NCBI GenBank assembly: GCA_027493615.1
Contig: JAOSKK010000038.1
Location: forward strand, 1,005,562 to 1,069,561
DNA from: Verrucomicrobiota bacterium
GTDB taxonomy: Bacteria > Verrucomicrobiota > Verrucomicrobiia > Limisphaerales > J093
Length of the DNA stretch: 64,000 nt
Direction: 5' to 3'
A program made the translations under genes and the position numbers. A model generated the notes under the pieces. The model was given only the letters and a program-made list of their open reading frames with translations, searched no databases and was not told the DNA's origin. Positions 44,181-55,031 of the stretch are shown in pieces. The stretch's first letter is position 1; the number at the start of each line of letters is the position of its first letter.

Positions 44181-45477
44181 CCCCCGACGTCCCGGCGTCC
44201 GCCGGGGCTACAACTGGAATCGCCAGCGAACGGTTGGGCCGGGCAAACCGCAACCCGAAGGACAGCACAACCAGCGCGCCGGCCAGGGCAAGGAACATCC
44301 CTTTCGGCCCGCACCCGGCCAGCGTCAACAGACCGAGATAGCCCGCGCCTACCAGCATCGAGCAGTAATCCACGAAGTTCTGGATGGCGATCGTCTTGCC
44401 GAGATGGCCCGGGTGGGTCTCCGCCTGCAATGCGGCGTTGAGAGGCACCAGCAGCAACCCCGAGAACAAGCCCGCCGCCACCAGCACCACCACTACCATT
44501 GCCAGACCCGTGGTTCCCCCAAGCAGACCCAATCCCAGCACGGCCGCCGCCAGCGCCAGGCCATAGCGCCGCGCCCAGCTCAGGTCACCCACTGGATGCA
44601 GCTTCCCGGCCAGCAGGCTGCCCGCCACGATGCCCACCACCATGCCGACCTTGAGCAGGGTGAGGTTGGCATTGGTGATGGCCTCCAGCGCCACGCCCGC
44701 TTCGCGGAACACGACCAGCCCCCAGGCCTGGAGGTTGTTCCGGAGCGCCGCCCCCGCGAACCAGAAGATGCCGCAGCCGAGCAGAATCCGGCCCAGCCGG
44801 GCATGGCTCACCAACCCCCAGAACTCACGGCCAAAATCCCGCGCGCTCGAACGCAGACGGGCGGCCAGGTTCTGCGGCGTGCGCTGCATCAGTCCGTTGA
44901 ACAGCAGCGCCAGCCCGTACCAGGCCAGCGACGCCAGGTAACACGGGACCAGCGAGCGGAAGTGGTCGTACAACACCGCCCCGGCGCCAAGGCCCGTCAG
45001 GATGGCCACCAGGGTGAGCATCTCGACGGTGCCGTTGGCCTTGACGAGCCGTTCCCGCGCCACGATTTCCGGCAGGATCCCGTACTTGGCCGGCGAATAC
45101 ACGCAGGCGCCGATGCCGACGACGGTGTAGCCCAGGACCTGCCAGGGAAGGTTGGCCACCGCATCGGCGGGATGCAGCAGAATGCCGGTCAGGCCGACGG
45201 CGGTGCCGAGGAGTTTGATCAGGTTGCCGCCGGCGAGCCAGGTGGTCTTGGGATAGCGGTCGTTGAGGAAGCCGGCGACCGGGGCGAGCAGGATGAAGGG
45301 CACGAAGAAGACGGCGCTGAAGAGGGCGTTCTGGGCGCTGACGTGTTGGGCGGTGATCTGGCCCGCGCTCTGGGCGAACGTGAGCGGGCCGAGAATAGCG
45401 GCGAGGAGGAAGTTGTCGCCGTACGCACTGAGGAACTGGCCGGCGAGGAGCAGGGGGTAGTTGCGGCGGGCGTTCAT
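44177..45477 (-). CDS. Lysophospholipid transporter LplT-like MFS (copy 1); stop restored by +1 in the C run near 44183
   Basis: GQFLSAYGDN, SPAKYGILPE, LVKANGTVE, VPLNAALQ, IAIQNF. Confidence 0.85.
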
Positions 45478-45944
45478 GCGGGCGGAGCGGTGAGCCGGGC
45501 GGCGAGCTGTTCGGCGTTGCGGGTGAGCGCGGTGAGGGTGGCGGTGAGGGTGCGGGTGCGGGCGACAGGAAGCGGACCCCAGACGGCCTCGGCGGCGGCG
45601 TGGTAGTGGGGCAGGATTTCGTCCAGGAGCCGGCGGCCGTCGGGGGTGAGACGGACGCGCCAGGCGCGGCGGTCGTGGGCGCTGTCGTGGCGGGCGACGA
45701 GGCCGCGGTGTTCGAGGCGGTCGACGAGACCGGTGATGTTGGAGCGGTGCATGATGAGGGCGTGGCCGAGCGCGGTTTGGGAGAGGCCGTCGGGATGACC
45801 GCCGAGGAGGTTGAGGACGTTGAATTGGCTGGGGCTGAGGTGCCAGCGGGCGAAGAGGGCGTGGCTGGCGTGCCAGATGACGTCGGCGGCGCGCAAGAGG
45901 GCGAGCAGGGCGGGGTACCGCGGGCCGGGACCGGTCGTTTGCAC
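45474..45944 (-). CDS. MarR-family regulator
   Basis: LSPSQFNVL, NITGLVDRLE, DRRAWRVRLTPDG. Confidence 0.92.
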   Translation of the reverse strand: MQTTGPGPRYPALLALLRAADVIWHASHALFARWHLSPSQFNVLNLLGGHPDGLSQTALGHALIMHRSNITGLVDRLEHRGLVARHDSAHDRRAWRVRLTPDGRRLLDEILPHYHAAAEAVWGPLPVARTRTLTATLTALTRNAEQLAARLTAPPA

Positions 45945-45963
45945 GGCAAATGTATGCCACTGA

Positions 45964-45983
45964 ATTGTTGAGTTGTCAACAAT
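45964..45983. promoter_or_regulatory. Putative MarR operator palindrome
   Basis: ATTGTTGA-gttg-TCAACAAT, AT-rich, about 20 bp upstream of marR. Confidence 0.65.
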
Positions 45984-46107
45984 GCACTTCCCACCGGTTG
46001 CGCGGCGCCGGTCCCGCGCCCCTGCCCTGGACCCGCTTGCCACAGCGCCTTCTGCCCCCTGCAACCCTGCATTGCGTGCCGCGGGCGGGATCGGCGACGC
46101 TCGCGGC

Positions 46108-47295
46108 GTGCAAACGGTGCTGATCATCGGCGGTGGCCTCGTCGGCCTGGCCACCGCCTACCGCCTCCTCGAACAACAACCCGCCCGCCGCGTCACCCTG
46201 CTCGAGAAAGAAGCCCGCGTCGGCGCACACCAGAGCACCCACAACAGCGGCGTGCTCCACTGCGGCCTGTACTACAAACCCGGCTCCGCCAAGGCCCGCC
46301 TCGCCGTCCAGGGCATCCGCCAGATGGTGGCCTTTTGCCGCGCCGAGAACATTCCCCACGACATCTGCGGCAAGCTCGTCGTCGCCACCCGCCCCGAAGA
46401 GCTGCCCCGCCTCGACGAACTCCTCCGCCGCGGCGCCGCCAACGGCCTCCAGGGTTTGCGCCGCCTCGAACCCGAAGCCATCCGCCAGCGCGAACCGCAC
46501 GTCGCCGGGTTGGCGGCCGCCGAAGTCCCCGAGGAAGGCATCGTTGATTACCAGGCCGTGTGCGACCGGTTGGCGGCGCGCATCCAGGAACGGGGCGGCC
46601 AGATCCTCACCTCGGCCAGGGTCTCGTCCCTCCAGCGCCGCGGCCCCGAATGGGTGGCCAGCACGCCGCGAGGCGAGTTCGCCGCGGCTTATCTCGTCAA
46701 CTGCGCCGGGCTGCACTGCGATCGCGTCGCCGCCCTCGCCGGCGAACGGCGCGCGATTCGCATCGTTCCGTTCCGCGGCGAGTACTACAAACTGCGCCCA
46801 GACCGCCAGCGACTGGTCCGGCACCTGATATACCCCACGCCGGACCCCAAGTTCCCCTTCCTCGGCGTGCATTTCACGCGCCTGATCCAGGGCGGGATCG
46901 AGGCCGGACCCAACGCCGTGCTCGCCTTCGCGCGCGAAGGCTACTCGCTCACGACCGTCAATCTGCGCGACCTTGCCGACGCCCTGGGTTTCCCGGGGCT
47001 GTGGCGATTCCTGCGCAAGTACCCCGCCATGGTGGGCACTGAGTTGGCGCAATCCTTCAGCAAGGCGCGCTTCTGCCGGGCGCTGCAACGGCTTGTGCCG
47101 GAAGTCCAGCCCGGCGACCTCGAGACCGGCGGGGCCGGCGTGCGGGCGCAGGCGATGACTCCCGCCGGCGACCTGGTCCAGGACTTCCACCTCGTGACGC
47201 GCGACCATGCCCTGCACGTCCTGAACGCCCCCAGCCCCGCCGCCACCGCGTCCCTTGCCATCGGCGAACACATCGCGGCCCTGCTGCCAGACTGA
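46108..47295 (+). CDS. lhgO: L-2-hydroxyglutarate oxidase
   Basis: IIGGGLVG, HNSGVLH, FRGEYY, PFLGVHFT, NAPSPAATASL. Confidence 0.92.
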   Translation: MQTVLIIGGGLVGLATAYRLLEQQPARRVTLLEKEARVGAHQSTHNSGVLHCGLYYKPGSAKARLAVQGIRQMVAFCRAENIPHDICGKLVVATRPEELPRLDELLRRGAANGLQGLRRLEPEAIRQREPHVAGLAAAEVPEEGIVDYQAVCDRLAARIQERGGQILTSARVSSLQRRGPEWVASTPRGEFAAAYLVNCAGLHCDRVAALAGERRAIRIVPFRGEYYKLRPDRQRLVRHLIYPTPDPKFPFLGVHFTRLIQGGIEAGPNAVLAFAREGYSLTTVNLRDLADALGFPGLWRFLRKYPAMVGTELAQSFSKARFCRALQRLVPEVQPGDLETGGAGVRAQAMTPAGDLVQDFHLVTRDHALHVLNAPSPAATASLAIGEHIAALLPD

Positions 47296-47360
47296 ACCGC
47301 CGCCGGCGGGACGGCGTGGAGCGATCGCGCAGCGCCGCGGAATCGCAGCGCCGCACGAAG

Positions 47361-48728
<1,368 letters not shown>

Positions 48729-49184
48729 GGCATGCTCGCTTCCCATTCGCGTGCAATTCCCCAAATTGTTCACCACCCCTTGTCACGGGGTCGTAACCTC
48801 CCGCTTCACAGCCGGTTGCACGACGCGGCTCCCCCATCCGAGAGGCGGGGAGAAGCAGGGCCGACACGGCGGTTGGAAGGGTCTGGAAACCACACGCAAA
48901 TAACTGGTTGTTAAAAGGTTAAGTCCTGAAATCTTGCCGCAACCTGAGGCCCTGCAGGCCGGTCCCGCCGCTCAACCCACGGGTTGGCTCACCCCTTCGG
49001 TTCTAGGTCGCGTTCTGGCGGGTGACCAGCAGAACATATTCGCATTTGCTCACGGGTTATTCACCGGTCAGTTTGGCCGTCCGCCACACTCTTTACGCCC
49101 CCTCTTCCCACGGGGCGGCAAAGACCCGCACCCGTCCGGTGCAACCGGGATCAGAAGGTGGGTGCCGGCGGGTGTGCCCTCGCC

Positions 49185-49529
<345 letters not shown>

Positions 49530-49624
49530 TCAGGATGAGCGCCCGGGCATCGTAACAACCAACCTCGACGTGTAAACAGGATTCTCTTCCGGTCAGAACA
49601 AACGAACCAACACCCTGGGACTCA

Positions 49625-49933
49625 TCAGCTTGTGGGAGTAGATCGCAGAGCCACTTCGAGCACTATCGCCAGAGCCGTCACCACCACCATCAGCCCCGAG
49701 GGCATGAACTTCCGCGTCTTCGACAAGCGCAGGGCGAAGACCACCAGCAGAATGGCCTGCAGCGCCAGAGCCACGTACAGACCGACCGGCTGGCCCAGGA
49801 ACAGGCAGATGGCAAGAGCCACCGCGAACACCGCCGAGGTATAGAGGGACACCCGGCTGCCCGCCTTGACATAGCCCATCACCCCGCCCACGAGCAGGAG
49901 AACGATGTAAACAACCAGAACGGGAGCAGCCAT
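49625..49933 (-). CDS. TMEM14-family small membrane protein
   Basis: GGVMGYVKAGSRVSL, KFMPSG. Confidence 0.85.
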   Translation of the reverse strand: MAAPVLVVYIVLLLVGGVMGYVKAGSRVSLYTSAVFAVALAICLFLGQPVGLYVALALQAILLVVFALRLSKTRKFMPSGLMVVVTALAIVLEVALRSTPTS

Positions 49934-49973
49934 CGTGTGGAGGGGTGACTAGATTGGAAATCTCATACCCGCT

Positions 49974-50044
49974 GTAGGTGCCGACGTAAGGAGGCGTCTT
50001 GGGCCACGGGCAACACCACTTCGCCTCCTCACGTCGGCGCCTAC
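49974..50044. repeat. GTAG-type REP-like element (family A)
   Basis: Same arms; the spacer is close to the reverse complement of the 14967 copy. Confidence 0.9.
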
Positions 50045-50073
50045 AGCGGGTCGCAGTCTCATGTCGGGAAGGC

Positions 50074-50919
50074 TCAGGCGAGGGTCTTGCGCAGGAAGCG
50101 GAGGCCCTTGATCGCGATGTCTTCGCGGCTGGGCTCGATCTGCCGCCAAATCGCCGCGGCGCGGGCGATGATCTTCACGTCCTTGGTGAACGACTCGATG
50201 ACGACGCCGGCATTGTACTTCACCTTCTTGAGGGCGGGGGCGATTTCGTCCCAGGCGATGTGGTCGTTGCCCGGCGTGCCGCGGTCGCTGCCGCAGGCAT
50301 GGAAGTGGCCGAGGAGTTTGCCGGCCTTCTTGATCGCGTCGGCCTGGCATTTTTCCTCGATGTTCATGTGGAAGGTGTCGAGGTGCACCTTGAGCGCCGG
50401 GCTGCCGACGTCCGCGATGAGCTGGAGCACCTGGTCGACGGTGTTGATGAAATCGGTCTCGAAGCGGTTCAGGGGTTCGATGCAGATCGACACGCCGTTC
50501 TTGGCGGCGTACTTCGCGAGGGGCTTGAGATTCTTGACCACCAGCTTCCACTGGGCCTTGTACTCGGCGGGTTCGGCGCCGCCGATGCGACCCACCGCCG
50601 AGTAGACGGGGCCCGCGACGACCGGTGCTCCCAACACAACGGCCTGGTCGATGAGGGCGGTGATGTAGGCCTGCGAGTTGGCTTGCGCCTCGGGCGTGCC
50701 CCGCAGGTCGCGGTCCGGTCCGAAGGCGCCGCAGACCGAGCAGCACTCGAGCCCGGCGCGGTCCAACTCCGACCGGATGTAGCCTGGATCGATGGCGGCA
50801 GGGTCGTCGATGGCGATCTCGACCGCGTCAAAGCCCCACTTCTTGAACGTCTTGAACCACTGGGTGCTCTCGTGGGTGAAGGGGAAGGTGAACAGAAAGG
50901 TGTTGATGCCGAATTTCAT
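50074..50919 (-). CDS. D-tagatose/psicose 3-epimerase-like sugar isomerase
   Basis: IEPLNRFE, HLDTFHMNIEE, DRGTPG, VIESF. Confidence 0.88.
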   Translation of the reverse strand: MKFGINTFLFTFPFTHESTQWFKTFKKWGFDAVEIAIDDPAAIDPGYIRSELDRAGLECCSVCGAFGPDRDLRGTPEAQANSQAYITALIDQAVVLGAPVVAGPVYSAVGRIGGAEPAEYKAQWKLVVKNLKPLAKYAAKNGVSICIEPLNRFETDFINTVDQVLQLIADVGSPALKVHLDTFHMNIEEKCQADAIKKAGKLLGHFHACGSDRGTPGNDHIAWDEIAPALKKVKYNAGVVIESFTKDVKIIARAAAIWRQIEPSREDIAIKGLRFLRKTLA

Positions 50920-50998
50920 AATGATCGCAGGTTGCGGCGAGGCTAAGTCGCCCCGCCCGGGTGTCAAAGAGTTTTCCCGGCAAGTGTCTTCCCAGCCC

Positions 50999-51069
50999 GC
51001 AGGCGCCGACGTGAGGAGGCGAACCCGGGGATGCCCCAGTCCCCGACGTCTCCTCACGTCGGCGCCTGC
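50999..51069. repeat. REP-like element (family A, GCAG/CTGC compensated ends)
   Basis: GCAGGCGCCGACGTGAGGAG ... CTCCTCACGTCGGCGCCTGC. Confidence 0.88.
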
Positions 51070-51141
51070 GGTCTGCCCCGAGCCACTCGCCTCGATTCCC
51101 ATGAACGAATCCGGGGCTAACCTCTTGGGACGGAAGCCCGT

Positions 51142-51300
51142 TTATCCGAAGAGCAGGCTGAGCCTTCGATTGTCCAGCCCGGGGATGGCCGGTTGCTTCT
51201 TGTCCAACCCCGCCTTGAGCAGGAGCGGGTTGTGCGCGCGCTCCTGAAACCGCACCAAGACCTCTTTCTCCCCGATCTCCACTGCGGCATGCTCCCCTCC
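51142..51300 (-). pseudogene. Possible transposase C-terminal remnant
   Basis: VLVRFQERAHNPLLLKAG...IPGLDNRRLSLLFG resembles IS transposase C-termini (recognised from memory, not searched). Confidence 0.4.
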
Positions 51301-51409
51301 AGGTGGATCTGGCGCCAGACCGACCCCTGGTAACCGATAAGCACCCATGAACCCAACTGCAAGACGATGATGACGCGAGCATGGAAGAAGCACAGTGGAG
51401 CGTTGATAG

Positions 51410-51553
51410 CGCAGGTGGCTTGGTAAGCCCTCAAGGGCGAGCGCACCCTCAACGAGCTGGCCGGTCAGGTTGAAGTCCACCCGACCCAGGTCGTGCCACG
51501 GAAGCAACGGTTGCTGGCCGGTGCCAGCGACGTGTTCGCCGGCGGCGTCGAAC
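51410..51553 (+). pseudogene. IS3-family OrfA remnant abutting the last attC
   Basis: ALKGERTLNELAGQVEVHPTQV..RKQRLL, HTH_Tnp_1-like; broken frame. Confidence 0.65.
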
Positions 51554-51627
51554 GCGACCCGGCCCACGAGCGCGTTCGATTGCAACTGTGACGCGATGGC
51601 CGGGTCCGCTGCAGCGCATGGTTGGGC
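51554..51627 (-). other. attC site 1 (3-prime end truncated)
   Basis: Minus strand: GCCCAAC-CATGCGCTGCAGCGGACCCGGCC...GGCCGGGTCGC, 12 bp after the cupin stop. Confidence 0.75.
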
Positions 51628-51639
51628 CTCGGGGAACGT

Positions 51640-52083
51640 TCATTTGGAAGCCACTGGCGACATCACGGGAACAAGCCCGTGTTTGAGCAGGACGCCTCTT
51701 AACTTCTCCACATCGGGCGGGCTGCCAGCATTCACGACGGCCGCCGCTTCCTTGAAGAAATCCGGGCCGAGGAGCGCCGGCGTAATGACGGCCAGGGCCT
51801 TCACCGCGGTCGGCTTTAGATTGTTGAAACCATGCACCGCTCCGCGCGGAATGAAACAGGTTTCCCCCGGCCCGATGTCCACCGGCTTTCCCTCCACGGT
51901 GAACGTCACAACCCCTTCCACCCCGTAAATGGTTTCGTCGTATGCTTTGTGATAATGGGGCACCGGCACCTTCGCTCCCGCCGGCACCGTGAATTCAAAC
52001 ATCACCACCGAACCGTTCGTGTCGGCAGCTTCGAGCAAGAACCGGATTCCGATTTGTCCGACGCGGATGATTTCGTCTTTCAT
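51640..52083 (-). CDS. Cupin-domain protein (cassette)
   Basis: PHYHKAYDE...FIPRGAVHGF. Confidence 0.88.
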   Translation of the reverse strand: MKDEIIRVGQIGIRFLLEAADTNGSVVMFEFTVPAGAKVPVPHYHKAYDETIYGVEGVVTFTVEGKPVDIGPGETCFIPRGAVHGFNNLKPTAVKALAVITPALLGPDFFKEAAAVVNAGSPPDVEKLRGVLLKHGLVPVMSPVASK

Positions 52084-52095
52084 GGCGGCTTTAGC

Positions 52096-52566
52096 TCATT
52101 GGAGGGATGGCCCGACGAACTCGATTCCACACTTGGCTGCGGTGGCCTTCAAAGCCTGCAGGGCGTCGTCCGATGGCAGACCCGCCGGCTCTGGCAAAGC
52201 CAAGTGTTCCGCTGGGCGGCTCATCGCGCGCACGAAGCGTTCAAAATCCCCGTGCACGGTGACGGTAAGGCAGCGGCCTCCCTGTGCGGATTCCACCCGG
52301 TAGGTGTGCGGCACGCCCTTCGGCGCGAGCACGATGGTGCCGGGCCCGACTCGCTGTTCCTGGTCCTGAACCTTCAGACGGTACTCACCCTCCAGGATGT
52401 GGAACAGCTCGTCCTCTGTGCGATGAAGATGCAAAGGCGGCGAAGAACCGTACGGCATCCAATGCTCAAGGACGGAGATGCCATCCGGGCCTTCCGACGT
52501 GGTCACACGAATTGTGACAAGCGAGTCGAGAAACCATAGTTGATTTGCAGGGGGAGTCTTGCTCAC
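52096..52566 (-). CDS. Cupin-domain protein (same cassette)
   Basis: PLHLHRTEDE...APKGVPHTY. Confidence 0.88.
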   Translation of the reverse strand: MSKTPPANQLWFLDSLVTIRVTTSEGPDGISVLEHWMPYGSSPPLHLHRTEDELFHILEGEYRLKVQDQEQRVGPGTIVLAPKGVPHTYRVESAQGGRCLTVTVHGDFERFVRAMSRPAEHLALPEPAGLPSDDALQALKATAAKCGIEFVGPSLQ

Positions 52567-52603
52567 AGGTAGTTGCCTGTTAACTGCTCTGTCGTTCTCG
52601 GCG

Positions 52604-52714
52604 GCCCAACGACGAAGTCACCGACCGCCGCGTGAACTGGCCAGAGCTTCGGCAGCGAATCCGACGCCCAAAGGGCGATGGCCCGCGGCGGTTCGGTGGA
52701 CTGTGCGGTTCGGC
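52604..52714 (-). other. attC site 2 (111 bp)
   Basis: GCCGAAC...GTCCACCGAACCGCCGCG / CGCGGCGGTCGGTGAC...GTTGGGC. Confidence 0.85.
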
Positions 52715-52722
52715 ATGTCCAT

Positions 52723-52977
52723 TCATTTGTCGGCCGGTCGGACGTCTACCACCATAACCGCCTTGACGGGATCGTCGGCCCAATACGTGATCGCGTATCG
52801 TCCGATGATCGCGATCTGCCGTGTGCGGCGGCTCTCGTCCAGATCGGTATAATCCCCGGGCGTATGTGGAGCCTGGGCCAGTGAGCGAATGAAGCTCATC
52901 ACGAGATTCCGTTGGCCACCGCGCACAGGGACCAAGTCCAACAGGTCGATGTGCACGTAAACCCGGTAAGCCTCCAT
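52723..52977 (-). CDS. Small RelE/ParE-like putative toxin (cassette)
   Basis: Pattern FIRSLAQAP...IGRYAITYWADDPVKAVMVVDV; 3 bp after its partner gene. Confidence 0.55.
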   Translation of the reverse strand: MEAYRVYVHIDLLDLVPVRGGQRNLVMSFIRSLAQAPHTPGDYTDLDESRRTRQIAIIGRYAITYWADDPVKAVMVVDVRPADK

Positions 52978-52980
52978 CGG

Positions 52981-53184
52981 TCAGTCCGATTTCTGGTCAA
53001 GTCGGCGTTCGAACTCGTCGGGTGACAACCAGTGGGAGGGTTCAGCGTCCTGTAGCCGCCTGGCCACACTACTGAGGTAATCCCCCTCGTGAGTATGGCG
53101 CAGACGGAACAAGAACGCGATCACTTCGTCCTGCTCCTGCCGGCGCAGCGTCGCCAGCGTCTGTTTGATTTCCTGTACGCTCAC
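52981..53184 (-). CDS. Small putative antitoxin (cassette)
   Basis: 67 aa, MSVQEIK...WLSPDEFERRL; own promoter TTGCCC-N17-TAAGTT-N6-GTG. Confidence 0.6.
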   Translation of the reverse strand: MSVQEIKQTLATLRRQEQDEVIAFLFRLRHTHEGDYLSSVARRLQDAEPSHWLSPDEFERRLDQKSD

Positions 53185-53242
53185 GTTCAGAACTTATCGG
53201 ACTTCGAACACGCGGGCAAGCAGCGAGTTCCTTCGCTGGTCC

Positions 53243-53368
53243 GCCGAACGACCCAGGTGAGCGACCGCCGCCGGGGATGAAGGTGGGGCGGAGCAAGGCG
53301 ATCCGAACTGCTGGCATGCCTCGAGCGGAGCAGCGGGGCGGCGGTTCGCCTCGACCGAGTGGTTCGCT
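53243..53368 (-). other. attC site 3 (126 bp)
   Basis: AGCGAAC...GCGAACCGCCGCC / GGCGGCGGTCGCTCAC...GTTCGGC. Confidence 0.85.
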
Positions 53369-53369
53369 C

Positions 53370-53660
53370 TCATGTCAGTCGCTTCTGGATCCAGGTAGGA
53401 TCGCGACGGCAATCGAGCACTGCCCGTACCACCACCTCGCCGTGCTCGATCCGATAATAGACCGCGAAGGGGAATCGCACCGACAACATCCGGTGGTAAC
53501 CCGATCGCATCGCGTGGATACCGCCGTACAGCGCCAGCGAGTCGATCTCGGCGCTGAGCATGTCCAGAAAGTAATCACCGATCCCCTCGTGCTGCTGTTC
53601 GTAGAATCGGTGTCCTTCCCGAAGGTCCTCCCGTGCCGATTCAAGAATCCGGACCTTCAT
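53370..53660 (-). CDS. RelE/ParE-family toxin (cassette)
   Basis: AREDLREGHRFYE, RFPFAVYY, AVLDCRRDP. Confidence 0.88.
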   Translation of the reverse strand: MKVRILESAREDLREGHRFYEQQHEGIGDYFLDMLSAEIDSLALYGGIHAMRSGYHRMLSVRFPFAVYYRIEHGEVVVRAVLDCRRDPTWIQKRLT

Positions 53661-53874
53661 GCAGCTCCCGGCGCAATTGCCGCTTGGCCTCGTCCCAGTC
53701 CAGTACGCGCTCCTGGCCGGCCGCAAGCCGGCGTTCCCGCTCCGCCAAGACCTGAGCGTGCCACGCGGGAACGGCGTCGTCCGCGGCCTGCGTTGACAAG
53801 TCCGCCCATAGGGCCTCCATGGCCCGTAGTTTCTCCGCCACAGTCATTTGCGCCAATGGCAGTTCTGCGTTCAT
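53641..53874 (-). CDS. Addiction-module antitoxin (cassette)
   Basis: EKLRAMEALWADL, PAWHAQVLAERE, DWDEAK; overlaps the toxin. Confidence 0.88.
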   Translation of the reverse strand: MNAELPLAQMTVAEKLRAMEALWADLSTQAADDAVPAWHAQVLAERERRLAAGQERVLDWDEAKRQLRRELHEGPDS

Positions 53875-53968
53875 ACCCCCGTAGTCTCCCTCCTCCGTGC
53901 GCGGCGGTCAACGCCGCCGTCGGGCGGTGCCGCCGGGCGGCCGATTGGCCGCGTCCGGTATTTCATGA

Positions 53969-54080
53969 AGCGAACGCTCAAGTCACCGACCACCGCCGCG
54001 AACTGGTGGGGACGAGGGTCACGGACCAGGCGTCCGAACGGCAACGGCCGGCGGTGGTTCGGTGGACTGGTTAGTTCGGC
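53969..54080 (-). other. attC site 4 (112 bp)
   Basis: GCCGAAC...GTCCACCGAACCACCGCCG / CGGCGGTGGTCGGTGAC...GTTCGCT. Confidence 0.85.
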
Positions 54081-54083
54081 ATT

Positions 54084-54821
54084 TTAGTGATTCCACATGA
54101 GGCAGCCCGACACGCGCTCCGCTTTCGTGCCGTCCCAAAGCCAGAGATCCTGGCTGCCGTAGCCCATCAGTGGCCCGTAAAGAAAGCAGTACTCAGATGC
54201 AACAATGGCCGGCGCCACAGGAAAACAGTAAAAGATGTCGGGAGCAATTCGAGTCGAGGGAACCGCGTCCGGGAAGTCCTCATGTGCCGATGCCTGTGTT
54301 CTGATGCAGTCCTGAATGATGATCTCGCGGACGGCCCCGGTGCCAGCAGACCAAGTCCACCCGTAGCCGGCGAGAACGAGAACGGCTGCGCTGCTGGCAA
54401 CGAGCGTTCCGATCGTACCGTGACGCTTGGTCCAGGTTCCGAAAACTCCCACCATCCAGAAGAGCAGCGAGGTGCTTCCCATGGAAAACAGGATCAAGGG
54501 GAGCACGTGATCGTTGTCCCAGTTGGGAACAGCCGAGAGCCAGCCAACGAGCATGGTGAACGCAAACGGGATGCACAGCAACCGCTCGACACTGACGACG
54601 ACACCAATGAATCCAGTGTTCGGCGGGCCTGAATGTCCGTGGATGAAGAGCTCATGCCCTCCGCCCAGATGGTGAAAGAGCAATCCCAGAAGCGCCACGA
54701 TAAAGCCGACGACACATCCACTGACGAGAGAGGGATGCGCCTGGTAGCCCCGCCGGACACCGGTCCACGGGATTACCAGCCATCGGTGAACAAGCTCGCC
54801 GCGTTCGGGAAAGAGTCTCAT
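54084..54821 (-). CDS. Hypothetical multi-pass membrane protein (cassette)
   Basis: About 4 hydrophobic segments; fills the space between two attC sites almost exactly. Confidence 0.7.
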   Translation of the reverse strand: MRLFPERGELVHRWLVIPWTGVRRGYQAHPSLVSGCVVGFIVALLGLLFHHLGGGHELFIHGHSGPPNTGFIGVVVSVERLLCIPFAFTMLVGWLSAVPNWDNDHVLPLILFSMGSTSLLFWMVGVFGTWTKRHGTIGTLVASSAAVLVLAGYGWTWSAGTGAVREIIIQDCIRTQASAHEDFPDAVPSTRIAPDIFYCFPVAPAIVASEYCFLYGPLMGYGSQDLWLWDGTKAERVSGCLMWNH

Positions 54822-54830
54822 GCGTTGCAG

Positions 54831-54944
54831 GCCGAACGATCAAGTCACCGAACCCCGCCGCGAACGGGGCCAAACAGCGGTGGCGCAGAACCCACGTCCG
54901 CAGGGCCAAGGCTGGCGGCGGTTCGGTGGACTGGATGGTTCGGC
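54831..54944 (-). other. attC site 5 (114 bp)
   Basis: GCCGAAC...GTCCACCGAACCGCCGC / GCGGCGGGGTTCGGTGAC...GTTCGGC. Confidence 0.85.
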
Positions 54945-55031
54945 GCTCTGGTCATCTGCGTCTCAGTACAACCTTTGAATATCGAAGTCTGGGCTCGGCT
55001 GCGGCTCGACCATACTGGGCAGTCTTTTAGA

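Noticed and set aside
43114-45960. 948-aa giant MFS ORF
   Set aside because: Read-through from a missing base near 44183; the extensions are shadow frames of marR and the second MFS.
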